Of a stretch of DNA of 64,000 nt, positions 1 to 12,200 are shown piece after piece. Positions within the stretch are counted from its first letter, which is position 1; every line of letters starts with the position of its first letter. Both the position numbers and the translations under genes were made by a program. Origin of the DNA: Octopus sinensis (lineage: Eukaryota); assembly GCF_006345805.1 (NCBI RefSeq), contig NC_043002.1, forward strand, positions 97,712,001 to 97,776,000. The letters run 5' to 3'. The notes under the pieces were generated by a model. That model was not told where the DNA came from. It ran no database searches and saw only the letters and a list, made by a program, of their open reading frames with translations.

Positions 1-105
1 TTCGCGATATGAAATTAACTATAACTTGATTGTTAAATAATAAAAGGAGAAATTAATATTAATAAATAATATTATTAAATAATATCAATTTTAACTAGTG
101 GTCAG

Positions 106-498
106 GGATCTTTTCTGTTTGAACGGCAGTTTTTAAGATAATTTCTTGGTAACTAAAAAATTTCAAACTTCGTATACTTGGCTTTATTGAGAAAATTCTA
201 TGGTTTGTAAGATATTTGTTGTTGTTTTTTTTTCAATTTCTGCAATTGCAACCAATCAATGACGTCTATTGAGGTAAAAAAAAAAACAACAACATTCTGT
301 GCCGTATGAATATGTCCCTCGTTTAAGAAACAGATTGGGTTTATTTACATTTGTGAAGAAAAAAAGATACCCTTCCCCAACCCCTTGTCCTAACCCTAAA
401 ACAGATTGAAATGCAATAGATCGATGCTAGGGTCATAATTATGGGTGACAATTTCATGACACCGCTAGAAAAAACTGCTGTTCAAACCGAAACGATCC
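106..498. mobile_element. Non-autonomous TIR-like element (GGATCTTTTC..GAACGGCAGTTTT termini) flanked by 41-bp direct repeats
   Basis: Imperfect ~29-bp TIRs; same family as 18740-20213. Confidence 0.75.
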
Positions 499-585
499 AA
501 TAATATTATTAAATAATATCAATTTCAACTAGTGGTCAGCATATTTAAAAATGTCCAAGGACTGTGAATTCTATTTAAACATAAA

Positions 586-774
586 CAATATGAGAGACCA
601 CTAAGTGGATCCCTTATGTGCTAAAAATAGACGTCAAACCGTCTTACCACTAAATCCGTGTCTAGCTCGTAAACATCTAGCGCTTTACTAAGTTGAGAAC
701 ACAGATTTAGTGGTAAGACGGTTTGACGTCTATTTTTAGCATCCAAGGGATCCACATAGTGATCTCTCGTATTG
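586..774. mobile_element. Palindromic MITE (~70-bp arms)
   Basis: Arms share the core ATAGACGTCAAA.CG.C.TTACCAC with 5296-5555. Confidence 0.75.
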
Positions 775-1049
775 ATTATATTTGATAGTTAAATTCTGAG
801 GTAAATCCTTAATCTTTTTCAATTGTTTCAGTCAATGGACTGCGGCCATGCTGTGCACCACTTTGAATTATTTAATCGGGAAAATAAGCCACCCTACGTA
901 TTTACGTTTTTTTAAAATGTGGAACTTATTCTAACGACCTTTTGTGCCAGACATAAACACAGACATGCGCGCGCACACACACACATACACACACACACAC
1001 ACAAACACACATACATACATACTTACATATGTACACACACACACACACA

Positions 1050-1690
1050 TACGAGAGAATCTGAAAAGTTGCTGGCTTCGGCAAAAGAAAATACAGGAGG
1101 ATCAGTCAATTATGATTTTATTCAACACTAGCTGTATCGCCCGGAGTTACTCGGGTTTGTAAGGGAAATAACTTTATAAGCATTTTTAGAGATGTAAAGT
1201 ATAATAGCCATCTCAATATGGTTAACCACAAAGGGGGGGGTTACAGTAGTGTTTTACGTTCTGAGATTTAATAATACATTTTTAGAGAGTTACTTCCCTT
1301 ATATAAACCGAGCGAAAATGCATTAAAAATGCGGAAAAATTATGGTAATTTTTTTTTTTAATCGTAGACTCATCGTAAACGCGCGCTAATATCCAGAAGG
1401 GCTCGATATGAATCACGACTATAAGATACTCGCTTTTGGTTAAACTGCACCGCAAAATGTGGAAGTAGTTAGGAATCTAAATCGGTGGAGACAGACAGAC
1501 ACACAACTACATTTTTATATATAAAGATATTCCCTTCTCAGATTCACGCAATTATTGACGTAGGCCTTCAGATTTTTTTTGTTTGTTTTTTTTTAAGCCC
1601 TGACAAAGAACTCGGAAGATTGGGTTTACAGCCAGGCCTTTTACAACACCCTTGAAGCCAGGAACTTTTCAGCACCCTTTCCCCCCACGT
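1050..1690. mobile_element. Mariner/Tc1-type MITE interrupted by a Helitron
   Basis: TACGAG..CTGAAAAGTT.CTGGCTT / AAGCCAGGAACTTTTCAG..CGTA ends; an uninterrupted relative is at 32808-33030. Confidence 0.65.
1128..1527 (-). mobile_element. Non-autonomous Helitron
   Basis: 5' A|TC, 3' hairpin CCCGAGTAACTCCGGG + CTAG|T, no TSD; the empty site restores TTCAACA|TATTCCC. Confidence 0.85.
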
Positions 1691-1714
1691 ATATGTATAT
1701 ATATGCTGAGACCC

Positions 1715-2039
1715 TTTCGGTCATGACTGGCCGTGGGGTTGCACCTAGAAAGTCACCCTCCCAGGCACAAGTCCGGGCAAGGTTGTTTATGGAAGACCAG
1801 CATTCGCCCATGCATACCAGCCTCCCCTCTTCACGCCACCAGTATTATTATCCAAGGGAAAGGCAAAGGGGTTGATACAGCTTGGCACCAGTGACATCAC
1901 AACTCATTTCTACACTGAGTGAACTGGAGCAACGTGAAATAAAGTGTCTTGCTCAAGAACACAACACGCAGCCCGGTCCGGGATTCGAACTCACAACCTT
2001 ACGATCATAAGCTCGACGCTCTAACCACTCAGCAATGCG

Positions 2040-2045
<6 letters not shown>
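1715..2045 (-). mobile_element. tRNA-derived SINE family D
   Basis: Minus-strand head GGCGCATTGCTGAGTGGTTAG..GAGTTCGAATCCC followed by TGTGTTCTTGAGCAAGACACTT. Confidence 0.8.
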
Positions 2046-2096
<51 letters not shown>

Positions 2097-2472
2097 TCTC
2101 AGCCAAGATAAGTTAAAAATTGTCTAAAGTCGTAAGACGCTCCTGTCCTTGTACTGTCCATCTTCGTGTTTTTTATTTCTGTTTTTTATATATATTTTTG
2201 TTTCTTGTATTTATATTCGTGTGGCATCCTGTCTTTGTTCCGTATACATTCGACCCTCTTTCCAAGAAATCCAGTGCCTGTGGCTTGGATTTTCCTCGGG
2301 GCTGGCCGGGTCGGAGTGATATCGAGATTAAACAGCCGAAATTACTAAGATGATCCGGTTCCCGACTGAAGTTTAGAGGCTTCGAGTGACCCGTCTGTTT
2401 TTTTTTTGTGTCGTCTCCTTGTGTGTTTTTGCGTTCTTGTCCCACTTTGTAATTTATATTTTATATTTAATT

Positions 2473-2519
<47 letters not shown>

Positions 2520-3350
2520 AACCAGCTTAGAGAAGAAGAAGAAACGAAACGAACCGAAACGAATCGAATCGACGTGAGGGCGCTCAGTCATACAATAGTG
2601 TAATAAATAAAATATATGAATACATACAAACATGTATGTACGTACCTACATCTACATGTATATATACATGCATATATAAATATATATACGTGTGTACAGG
2701 ACACCACAAATAGACGTAGAACTCAACGAGAAACGAAAACGTAAAAACAGCATGGAACGGACCATTTTTTTAACAACGAAAAAACAGAGTACAAGACAAC
2801 TACACAAGGAAAAATCCCCTTCGTCAGCTGTCCCTAGTTCAACTCCAGCGTGTTTCGAAGTTGAGGACAGAACACGTCTCGTCGAACTAATCCTTCCTGC
2901 GAAAGAATTAAATAAAATTCCTTTGCAGAGGGGTAAAAACAAGGAAAAAAATGTGACAAAAACAGGACGTAAAAACAATACAATTAAAAACAACTACAAA
3001 TAAAAATACAATTACAAAAAAATACAGTAAATAAAAATAAAAATTAAAACAACTACAAAATAAAAATACAATTACAAAAAATACAGTACAGGAAGGAATA
3101 GAAACAGGACAGGAAAACAAATAATGAGGGCCTATAAGCCTAGACGAGAAAAAATTTTTTCACGAGCGCAAGAAGAAACATGTTTACTTGAAGAAGGCCG
3201 CCAGCGAAAGGAAGTTCGTCGACCCGGCTGTGAGAGATGAGGGGGAGTGAGAGAGAGAGAGAGATAGAGAGGAAGGAAGCCAAAGAGAGTGAAAGAAAGA
3301 GAGAAGAAGGAGTTATAGAGTTTCGCGTCATAATTATATATAAAAACCAG

Positions 3351-3386
<36 letters not shown>

Positions 3387-3390
<4 letters not shown>

Positions 3391-4376
3391 AAATAAGAAA
3401 ATGGAGAAATACATCGAAATCAAATAACAATTACCAGATAATACTCAATCACATACTTTATTAAACCACCTATAAGAAGCTATAAGGTTAAACATAATAA
3501 TGCAGGGTAAAGCAGTGTACATGAAGGAGTGTACATAAAATAGTAATGTTATACAATAAGTAGAATACGTATAATAGAACATAAATATAAGTACACATAA
3601 ATATAAATATAGACTATATTTACAGCTGTTTCGGCCATGTAGATAAGCATGTCTCATTCAACTCATATTAGCCATGTGTGGTAGGTCAAAATGTAGTTAT
3701 AAATTAGTCATTTACAAAAACATCCTAAGGCCTCTTCGGAGATTACAAATTAGATTACATATATACTTATAAAGGTGTGGGTATATACCCATAATAAAAC
3801 TTATACATATATACCTTTATAAGTATATATGTAATCTAATTTGTAATCTCCGAAGAGGCCTTAGGATGTTTTTGTAAATGTCTCATTTATAACTACATAT
3901 TGACCTACCACAAATGGCTAATATGAGTTGAATGAGACATGCTTATCTACATAGCCGAAACAGCTGTAAGATATAGTCTATATTTATATTTATGTGTACT
4001 TATATTTATGTTCTATTATACGTATTCTACTTATTGTATAACATTACTATTTTATGTACACTCCTTCATGTACACTGCTTTACCCTGCATTATTATGTTT
4101 AACCTTATAGCTTCTTATATGGTGGTTTAATAAAGTATGTGATTGAGTATTATCTGGTAACTGATATTTGATTTCGATGTATTTCTCCATTTTCTTATTT
4201 TGTATTATGAATTTGTGGTAAAACATTTTACCTTTGCCCATATAATACAATAAATGAATTAATTGTATCGCAATTCTTAACATTTATGTATTAACTTTGT
4301 TGGGTACCTCACTAGCAGTATATTGGATATATGGTATCCCATGGTGGGTTGCATTTACAACCCCGATCTCAATTTG

Positions 4377-4378
<2 letters not shown>
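3387..4378. mobile_element. Fold-back element: ~390-bp inverted arms (3387-3776 / 3813-4204) plus one-sided tail, in (TA)n
   Basis: The arms are reverse complements by eye; the tail is homologous to 25299-25474. Confidence 0.85.
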
Positions 4379-4399
<21 letters not shown>

Positions 4400-4408
<9 letters not shown>

Positions 4409-4960
4409 CATATAGGTAAACAGTAAAAATAATTACAGACATGGACAAGAACATGAAACACCACAGAGACGACACAAGAACCACAGGACGGGACATTCGA
4501 AGCCCTCAGTCATCAGTCAAGAACCAGATCATCTTACCAATTTCGGCTGATTAATCTTGAGATTGCTCCGATATGGCCAGCCAGCCAAGGGAAATCTAAG
4601 CCAAGCGCATTAGATCCCCTGGAAGAAAGCTTCGAATGTATACAACGCGAGGACGGAAAACGAACGAAGTACATAAACAAAAATACAGAATACGTGACAC
4701 CAATAAGAATACAAAAACGTAAAAACAATAACGGTAAAAATAAAAATAAAAATAAAAAATAAACAACAAAACAAAACCAGGACGTGGGACAAGGGTCTTT
4801 CGACAGGACGAGTTGAGTATGGGGCTGGCTTGTGAAGTTGTGCCTAATGGCCACGGGGAGACGAACAAATACGTGTTGCTTCTGCGGCTGCTGAAAACGA
4901 AAAGAGCGCTCAACGGCGGCTAGCTGTCACGTGAGAACAGAAGACAGGAGACATACATAT
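4400..4960. repeat. Unclassified TA-embedded repeat family (also 2110-2460 in opposite orientation and 16130-16310)
   Basis: Shared GGGACATTCGAAGCC..AATTTCGGCTGATTAATCTTGA core. Confidence 0.65.
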
Positions 4961-5235
4961 ATATACATAAATAAAAGTACTGCATTATCCGTTTCTAGGT
5001 TTTTCATTTTTCAGATGTTCTTCGTAGACAATTTTTTTCATGTTTGTTGCACACACGCATCTTTACTAGTACATACGCAGTGAAGCTATACATTAGCGTC
5101 GTATTTATTACGTTCACTATTTTCCAGTAAATATCGGTGTTTCGTTGTGCCATTTATTTACTTTTATGTATAATTTTACCCTTACGGGCTATCCTTTACT
5201 GGAAAGCAATACTCTCGTATTGCAATACTATTTTC

Positions 5236-5295
<60 letters not shown>

Positions 5296-5555
5296 CAAAA
5301 TTCAGAGGGCTGAACACTAAAAGTGGACAGCCTATATCCTAAACATAGACGTCAAATCGCCATTTACCACGAAGAATGTGTTCTCAAGAAATCGTTTTTT
5401 ATTTCTTATATTTTCATGTGTCTTGCTTATTTTTACAGTTTGGTTTTTTTGCAGAGATTTTTCTTGAGAACACATTCTTCGTGGTAAATGGCGATTTGAC
5501 GTCTATGTTTAGCATATAGGCTGTCCACTTTTAGTAGTCAGCCCTCTAAATTTTG
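5296..5555. mobile_element. Palindromic MITE (~97-bp arms) in (TA)n
   Basis: CAAAATTCAGAGGGCTGA... / ...TCAGCCCTCTAAATTTTG. Confidence 0.8.
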
Positions 5556-5611
<56 letters not shown>

Positions 5612-5755
5612 TATATAGAGGGCATAATTATACATACATGCCAGGAGGCATTATATATACTTGCCAAACGCTAAGAGGGACAATCAGTCATTTCTACCAA
5701 AAATATTACTTATCCCACCGAATGCAATTTTTCAAAGTAAGATATTTAAAAATAT

Positions 5756-5803
5756 AGGCCTGTATCACAGTGATTTCATACTTACGTAATCATCAGCAGG
5801 CCT
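5756..5803 (-). ncRNA. Minimal type I hammerhead ribozyme motif
   Basis: AGGCCUG-CUGAUGA-UUACGUAAGUAU-GAAA-UCACUGUGA-UA-CAGGCCU: 7-bp stem I, intact core, stem III, AUA site. U.U at the base of stem II. Confidence 0.75.
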
Positions 5804-6124
5804 GAATGTATTATAAATAAACAACGACCCTGCCTCGCTTAAGCCGAACAGCTAACTGATCAACATCTGATCTATATATAAATTAATATGTTCAATAAGA
5901 AATAATTATTTTCGAAATTTTTTCTCTTATGAGGTTTTTACGCTATCTACCTGACAATTTCTTGTTAAGTTTTCCTTATTAAGTAGTTGTCCTTAATTGC
6001 AAAATATATATATTATATATATATTATATATATATATATATAACAAAGTGGAGTTGTAGGGTACCGCACGAGTGGAATTATATACGAAAGATGGTTTGAA
6101 AATGCAATTTTAAAAGATGTTTAT

Positions 6125-6169
6125 TTACTTTACCGGTTTCACCCTTTGGAAAAAGATTGTCAAAAGTAA
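6125..6169 (-). ncRNA. Minimal type I hammerhead motif, U3-A8 core variant
   Basis: UUACUU-UUGACAA-UCUUUUUCCAAAGGGU-GAAA-CCGG-UA-AAGUAA: 6-bp stem I, palindromic ACCGGU stem III, GUA site. Confidence 0.6.
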
Positions 6170-6387
6170 CATGTAAAAGTTTGGTTGCGTTAATTATTGG
6201 TTGTTACAAAATGCTGATATAAACGTAATTTAAACCGCTTGAAGCATATTTGTAGAAATTTTTTTTTTTAATATTTATTTTTCTGGAAGTTGTGAGGAAA
6301 TAAAGTCGGGTGGGCATACTTGTGTAGATACGCCAAGAATTATACATCTAAGCACCTTTCGGGACTACATCGCTGCATCAAGCCTCT

Positions 6388-6392
6388 CTATC

Positions 6393-6462
<70 letters not shown>

Positions 6463-6479
6463 CCTACCTACCTACCTAC

Positions 6480-6520
<41 letters not shown>
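6388..6520. repeat. (CTAT)n/(CTAC)n microsatellite
   Basis: Direct reading. Confidence 0.95.
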
Positions 6521-6522
<2 letters not shown>

Positions 6523-6790
6523 GATCGTTTTTTTTCCTCTTCCCCTTTTTTCCCCCCTTTTCTTCTTTTTTCATTTTTCTTTTCTTTTGTTTATTTTCCT
6601 TTTCTTCCTTTTTTTCTTTTTTCCCTTTTACGATCCCTTTTGATCGAAAACCAACGCCACTTTTTTTTTGTTTCTTTTGTTTTTTGGGTTTTTTGGTTTT
6701 TTTCATCTCCCAAAAGAAAAGCTCTACCTTGTAATTTGTCCCATCTGTGTGCAGCCCTGTGTGGCCAATAAAGAAACTTACCTATCTATC
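6521..6790 (+). mobile_element. Pyrimidine-rich 3' UTR/tail of a related Tx1-like element inserted in (CTAT)n
   Basis: Ends GTGCAGCCCTGTGTGGCCAATAAAGAAAC, similar to the 46.7 kb tail; flanked on both sides by CTAT repeats. Confidence 0.55.
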
Positions 6791-7355
6791 TATCTTTCTC
6801 TCGCCCTTACCGTTACAACGATACCGACATTTCATGCTCCCCTAAACTAACCAACCATGTCTCGTCTTCTTAGAATCACACTTTCAATTATTTGCATCTT
6901 CATCTCTTCTCATCATCTTTAATGCGTTTCAAAACGAATATTGTCATCTCTAAACTGCATCTTTCCGGAAAGTCATCTCCATGTCCAAGATTTCCCAGCC
7001 AACAGAAAATCAATTTACACATAAATTACAGCCACCTCATCACCCTGGGAAAGTCACCGAAAGCTTTGGGCGTCATTCTCTTCGTTGCACAATTTAATAA
7101 TTAAAAATATAAAAAAAAACAAGAGACAGAAAAGAAAGAAAACAATTTGGGGATTCACCAAATTTTGACGACCGTTGGTTGGTCTTTATTGGTTCTCTTG
7201 AACTGAAGAAAAGTTAAATACAAAGAATAAACAAAGGATCCTGGCGTTTACCATGTCACATGTAAATATAAAGTCTATTGGTGATGGCATCGGTCGATCT
7301 ACCGACTGAACCAAAGAGATTCTATTTTCAGGTGTTTTTTTTTTTTTTTCAAATG

Positions 7356-7737
7356 TGGAAGCACTCCGTCGGTTACGACGACGAGGGTTCCGGTTGATCC
7401 GATCAACGGAACAGCCTGCTCGTGAAATTAACGTGTAAGTGACTGAGCACTCCACAGACACGTGTACCCTTAACGTAGTTCTCGGGGATATTCAGCGTGA
7501 CACAGAGAGTGACAAGGCCGGCCCTTTTGAAATACAGGTACAACAGAAACAGGAAGTAAGAGTGAGAGAAAGTTGTGGTGAAAGAGTACAGCAGGGATCA
7601 CAACCATCCCTGCCGGAGCCTTGTGGAGCTTTAGGTGTTTTCGCTCAATAAACACTCACAACGCTCGGTCTGGGAATCGAAACCGCGATCCTACGACCGC
7701 GAGTCCGCTGCGCTAACCACTGGGTCATTGCGCCTCC
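7356..7737 (-). mobile_element. tRNA-derived SINE family C (~385 bp)
   Basis: Head GGAGGCGCAATGACCCAGTGGTTAG..GGTTTCGATTCCC on the minus strand. Confidence 0.88.
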
Positions 7738-9202
7738 TTTTTTTCAAATATTATTTGTTGGTCAGAGAAGTGAAAGAAGTGTCAACGTTTATCGGTGACG
7801 GGGTGGAATTTGAACTCAGAATGTACAAAATCGAAACAGATGCTGCCAAGTGTATCGCCCGCCCGACGCTATAACAATTCCAACAAGCCCTGCCCAAGAA
7901 GGGAACCTTTTTATCGTCCTCGAAATGATGAAAAGCAGGATTTGACCTAAAAACGCAGAAAATCGCAACAAATACCACACTTCAGTCTATTCTAATCACT
8001 ATGTTAATTAACCACTGTAATAATCTATTAGAACTTGATTGTTCTTTATTTTCATTTACCTGCCTAAAATGGGAGATGGCTAAATTCCCTTATTTATACT
8101 TTACGCAGTTGATATGGTTATAGGGAAGACGGCCATCTTTTAAACTATCAGAATATATTAAAACTATAAAACGAAAACTACTGGAATTTTAAAAAAAACA
8201 ACTATTTGTTAGAAATAGGGTACTGTTAACTACTCGTTTTATTTTATTTCATAAGAACAAAAATGTAACTAGATATAAAGTTTGAAAAGTAATTAAGTAA
8301 ATAATACTATGTTACAGTAATAAATTCAGACAAATTAAAGGGGATTGAACAAGAATTTATTTAAATTATATTGAGATTTTAGATAAGCATTCGATCGAAA
8401 CATATTTTAAGAAATAACATCCGTTTCGGTGTAGTACGTAAGTTACAATTTTTTTTCTTCTTAAGACTGTTTGTGAAATATCTATATCGAATACTCGAAG
8501 GGAGATAACAAGGAATTTAAAATGTATAAAGATTTGTCTCCCTTGTGCTGGAGGAAATCGATTGCGATTCAATAACAATTAGTTTTATAAATTACATTTT
8601 AGACAACTCCTTCTCATTCTTAACGACAATAAGGAATCGATTGGATTGCAATTTGTCATATTTGTAGCTAAAGGAATTAATATTTTAAAACTCTTAAGTT
8701 ACAGATAACGTGCTGTCAATCATTATCTTTGAAATGACAAGGATAGAATCAAATTGTTTATGATAAAAGAGAATAATTAAATTCACATTCCTAAAGATTG
8801 GTTCTCAGACGGGGCATCACAAAGGGTCTTAATATACCAAATATTCTAAATATACCATTGCATATGCAACACACAATTTTTAAAACACATATCCTCTAAA
8901 AATCCCCTTCGATCTTATATCTTATGTTAGACCCCCCCCCCATAAGTTTTCACGCACTAAAACCTTATTTCGTGAATAAGCACTTCTAAAAATTGTGCGT
9001 TTGATATTCAGATGAGGCTTTTACGTGATCAAATACGATCGTTTAAGGCCTTCTACAATACATATTAAAGTTTGGCCATCTAATTAGACTGTATAGAACC
9101 ATACTGAAACACTGCCTTGGAGACCATTTAGTTGAACAAATCAACCCCAGTTCTTGTTTTCTATTCTTAAGCCTGGTACACATTATATATATATATATAT
9201 AT

Positions 9203-12200
9203 TAATAAGTAGGAAGGTGGACCAACCACAAACGACTTCAGGTAGATGGCCCTGCTCGATCTGTAAAAAAGGTGTAGGTAGAAACTCTATAAGGTGCACC
9301 AAGTGTAAGCTATGGACACATAAGAGGTGCAGCAATGTCAAAGGAAGGCTAACTAAGAAAATAGTTTTTGTCTGTGGCAGATGCTCAGGAGAAATAAACA
9401 CTGGAAATGTGCAGAGACCAACTTCTACCACGTTCCAGGGAGACAAACTAGAAGTAGTTGATAGCTTCCGCTACCTAGGAGACCAAGTCAGTAGCGGGGG
9501 TGGGTGTGCTGAAAGTGTAACTGCTAGAGTAAGAATAGCCTGGGAAAAGTTTAGAGAGCTCTTACCCCTGCTGGTGACAAAAGGCCTCTCGCTAAGAGTA
9601 AAAGGCAGACTATATGATGCGTGTGTACGTACAGCCATGCTACATGGTAGTGAAACATGGGCCGTGACAGCTGAGGATATGCGTAAGCTTGCAAGAAATG
9701 AAGCCAGTATGCTCCGATGGATGTGTAATGTCGGTGTTCATAATCGTCAGAGTGTAAGTACTTTGAGAGAAAAGTTGAACCTAAGAAGTGTCAGTTGTGG
9801 TGTGCAAGAGAGACGGCTGCGCTGGTATGGTCATGTGACGAGAATGGCTGAAGATAGTTGTGTGCAAAAGTGCTACACCCTAGCAGTTGAGGGAACCTGT
9901 GGAAGAGGTAGACCCAGGAAAACCTGGGACGAGGTGGTGAAGCACGACCTTCGAACTTTAGGTCTCACCAAGGAAATGACTGAAGACCGAGTCCTATGGA
10001 AGTGTGCTGTGCATGAGAGGACCCGGCAGGACTAGTCAGGCCATATCCCGTGGCCCCTACCTGGGACGTAGTCGATCCACCTGTGCATACCTTCCTTCTT
10101 GTGACACTTGTGAAGACCTGCTGAGGCAAGTGAAAATCAATCAAAATAGATGAACATCAATGGAATTTGTATCTTTGTGGTACCAGTGCCTGTGGCACAC
10201 AAGAAAACCATCCGAACGTGGCCGTAGCCAGTACCGCATCGACTGCCTCCGTGCTGTGGGAACATGGTGGCACATAAAAACACCATCCGAAGACCCGGCA
10301 AGACTAGTCAGGTCATAACCCGTGGGCCCTACCTGGGACGTAGTCAGTCCACCTGTACATACCTTCCTTCTTGTGACACTTGTGAAGACCTGTTGAGGCA
10401 AGTGAAAATCAAAACAAATCAAAATAGATGAACATCAATGGAATTTGTATCTTTGTGGTACCAGTGCCGGTGGCACACAAGAATCCATCCGAACGTGGCC
10501 GTAGTCAGTACCGCATCACTGGCCATCGTGCTGTGGGCACATAACAAACACCATCCGGTCGTGGCCGTTCGCCAGCCTCATCTAGCACCTGTGTCGGTGG
10601 CACATAAAAAGTAGTCAGTACCGCTTGTGGTACCAGTGCCGGTGGCACACAAGAATCCATCCGAACATGGCCGTAGTCAGTACCGCATCACTGGCCATCG
10701 TGCTGTGGGCACATAACAAACACCATCCGGTCGTGGCCGTTCGCCAGCCTCATCTAGCACCTGTGTCGGTGGCACATAAAAACACCATCCGAAGACCCGG
10801 CAAGACTAGTCAGGCATAAACCATGGCCCCTACCTGGGACGTAGTCAGTCCACCTGTGCATACCTTCCTCCTTGTGATACTTGTGAAGGCCTGTTGAGGC
10901 AAGTGAAAATCAAATCAAAATCAAAACAAATCAAAATAGATGAACATCAATGGAATTTGTATCTTTGTGGTACCAGTGCCGGTGGCACACAAGAGAAAAC
11001 CATCCGAAAGTGGCCGTAGCCAGTACCGCATCGACTGGCCTCCGGGCTGTGGGCACATGACAAACACCATCCGATCGTGGCCGTTCGCCAGCCTCATCTA
11101 GCACCTGTGTCGGTGGCACATAAAAACACCATCCGAAGACCTGGCAAGACTAGTCAGGCCATAACCCATGGCCCCTACCTGGGACGTAGTCAGTCCACCT
11201 GTGCATACCTTCCTTCTTGTGACACTTGTGAAGACCTGTTGAGGCAAGTGAAAATCAAAATCAAAATCAAAACAAATCAAAATAGATGAACATCAATGGA
11301 ATCTGTATCTTTGTGGTACCAGTGCCGGTGGCACACACTTTGTGGTACCAGTGCCGGTGGCACACAAGAGAACCATCCGAACGTGGCCGTAGCCAGTTCC
11401 GCATCGACCGGCCTCCGTGCTGTGGGCACGTAACAAACACCATCCGATCATGGCCGTTCGCCAGCCTCATCTGGCACCTGTGTCGGTGGCACATAAAAAC
11501 ACCTTCCGAAGACCCGGCAAGACTAGTCAGTCCACCTGTGCATACCTTCCTTCTTGTGACACTTGTGAAGACCGGTTGAGGCAAGTGAATCAAATCAAAT
11601 CAAATCAAAATAGACAAAATAGATGAACATCAATGGAATTTGTATCTTGTGGTACCAGTGCCTGTGGCACACAAGAAATCCATCAGTGCTGTAGTCAGTG
11701 CGGTGGGCACATGACAAACACCATCCGATCGTGGCCGTTCGCCAGCCTCATCTAGCACCTGTGTCGGTGGCACATAAAAACACCATCCGAAGACCCAGCA
11801 AGACTAGTCAGGCCATAACCCTATGGCCCCTACCTGGGACGTAGTCAGTCCACTGTGCATACCTTCCTTCTTGTGACACTTGTGAAGACCTGTTGAGGCA
11901 AGTGTAAATCAAATCAAAACAATCAAAATAGATGAACATCAATGGAATTTGTATCTTTGTGGTACCAGTGCCTGTGGCACACAAGAAAACCATCCGAACG
12001 TGGCCGTAGCCAGTACCGCATCGACTGGCCTCCGTGCTGTGGGAACATGGTGGCACATAAAAACACCATCCGAAGACCCGGCAAGACTAGTCAGGTCATA
12101 ACCCGTGGGCCCTACCTGGGACGTAGTCAGTCCACCTGTACATACCTTCCTTCTTGTGACACTTGTGAAGACCTTGAGGCAAGTGAAAATCAAAACAATC

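Noticed and set aside
919-1162. ORFs rich in HT/YI/LS/LL runs here and across the window (e.g. 3140, 6320, 28454, 34708, 40679)
   Set aside because: Translations of microsatellites and SINE bodies.
4490-4560. Hammerhead in the GGGACATTCGAAGCC family (also 2821, 16213, 57330)
   Set aside because: CUGANGA and GAAA are present but in the wrong order or without consistent stems I/III; a consensus would be needed.
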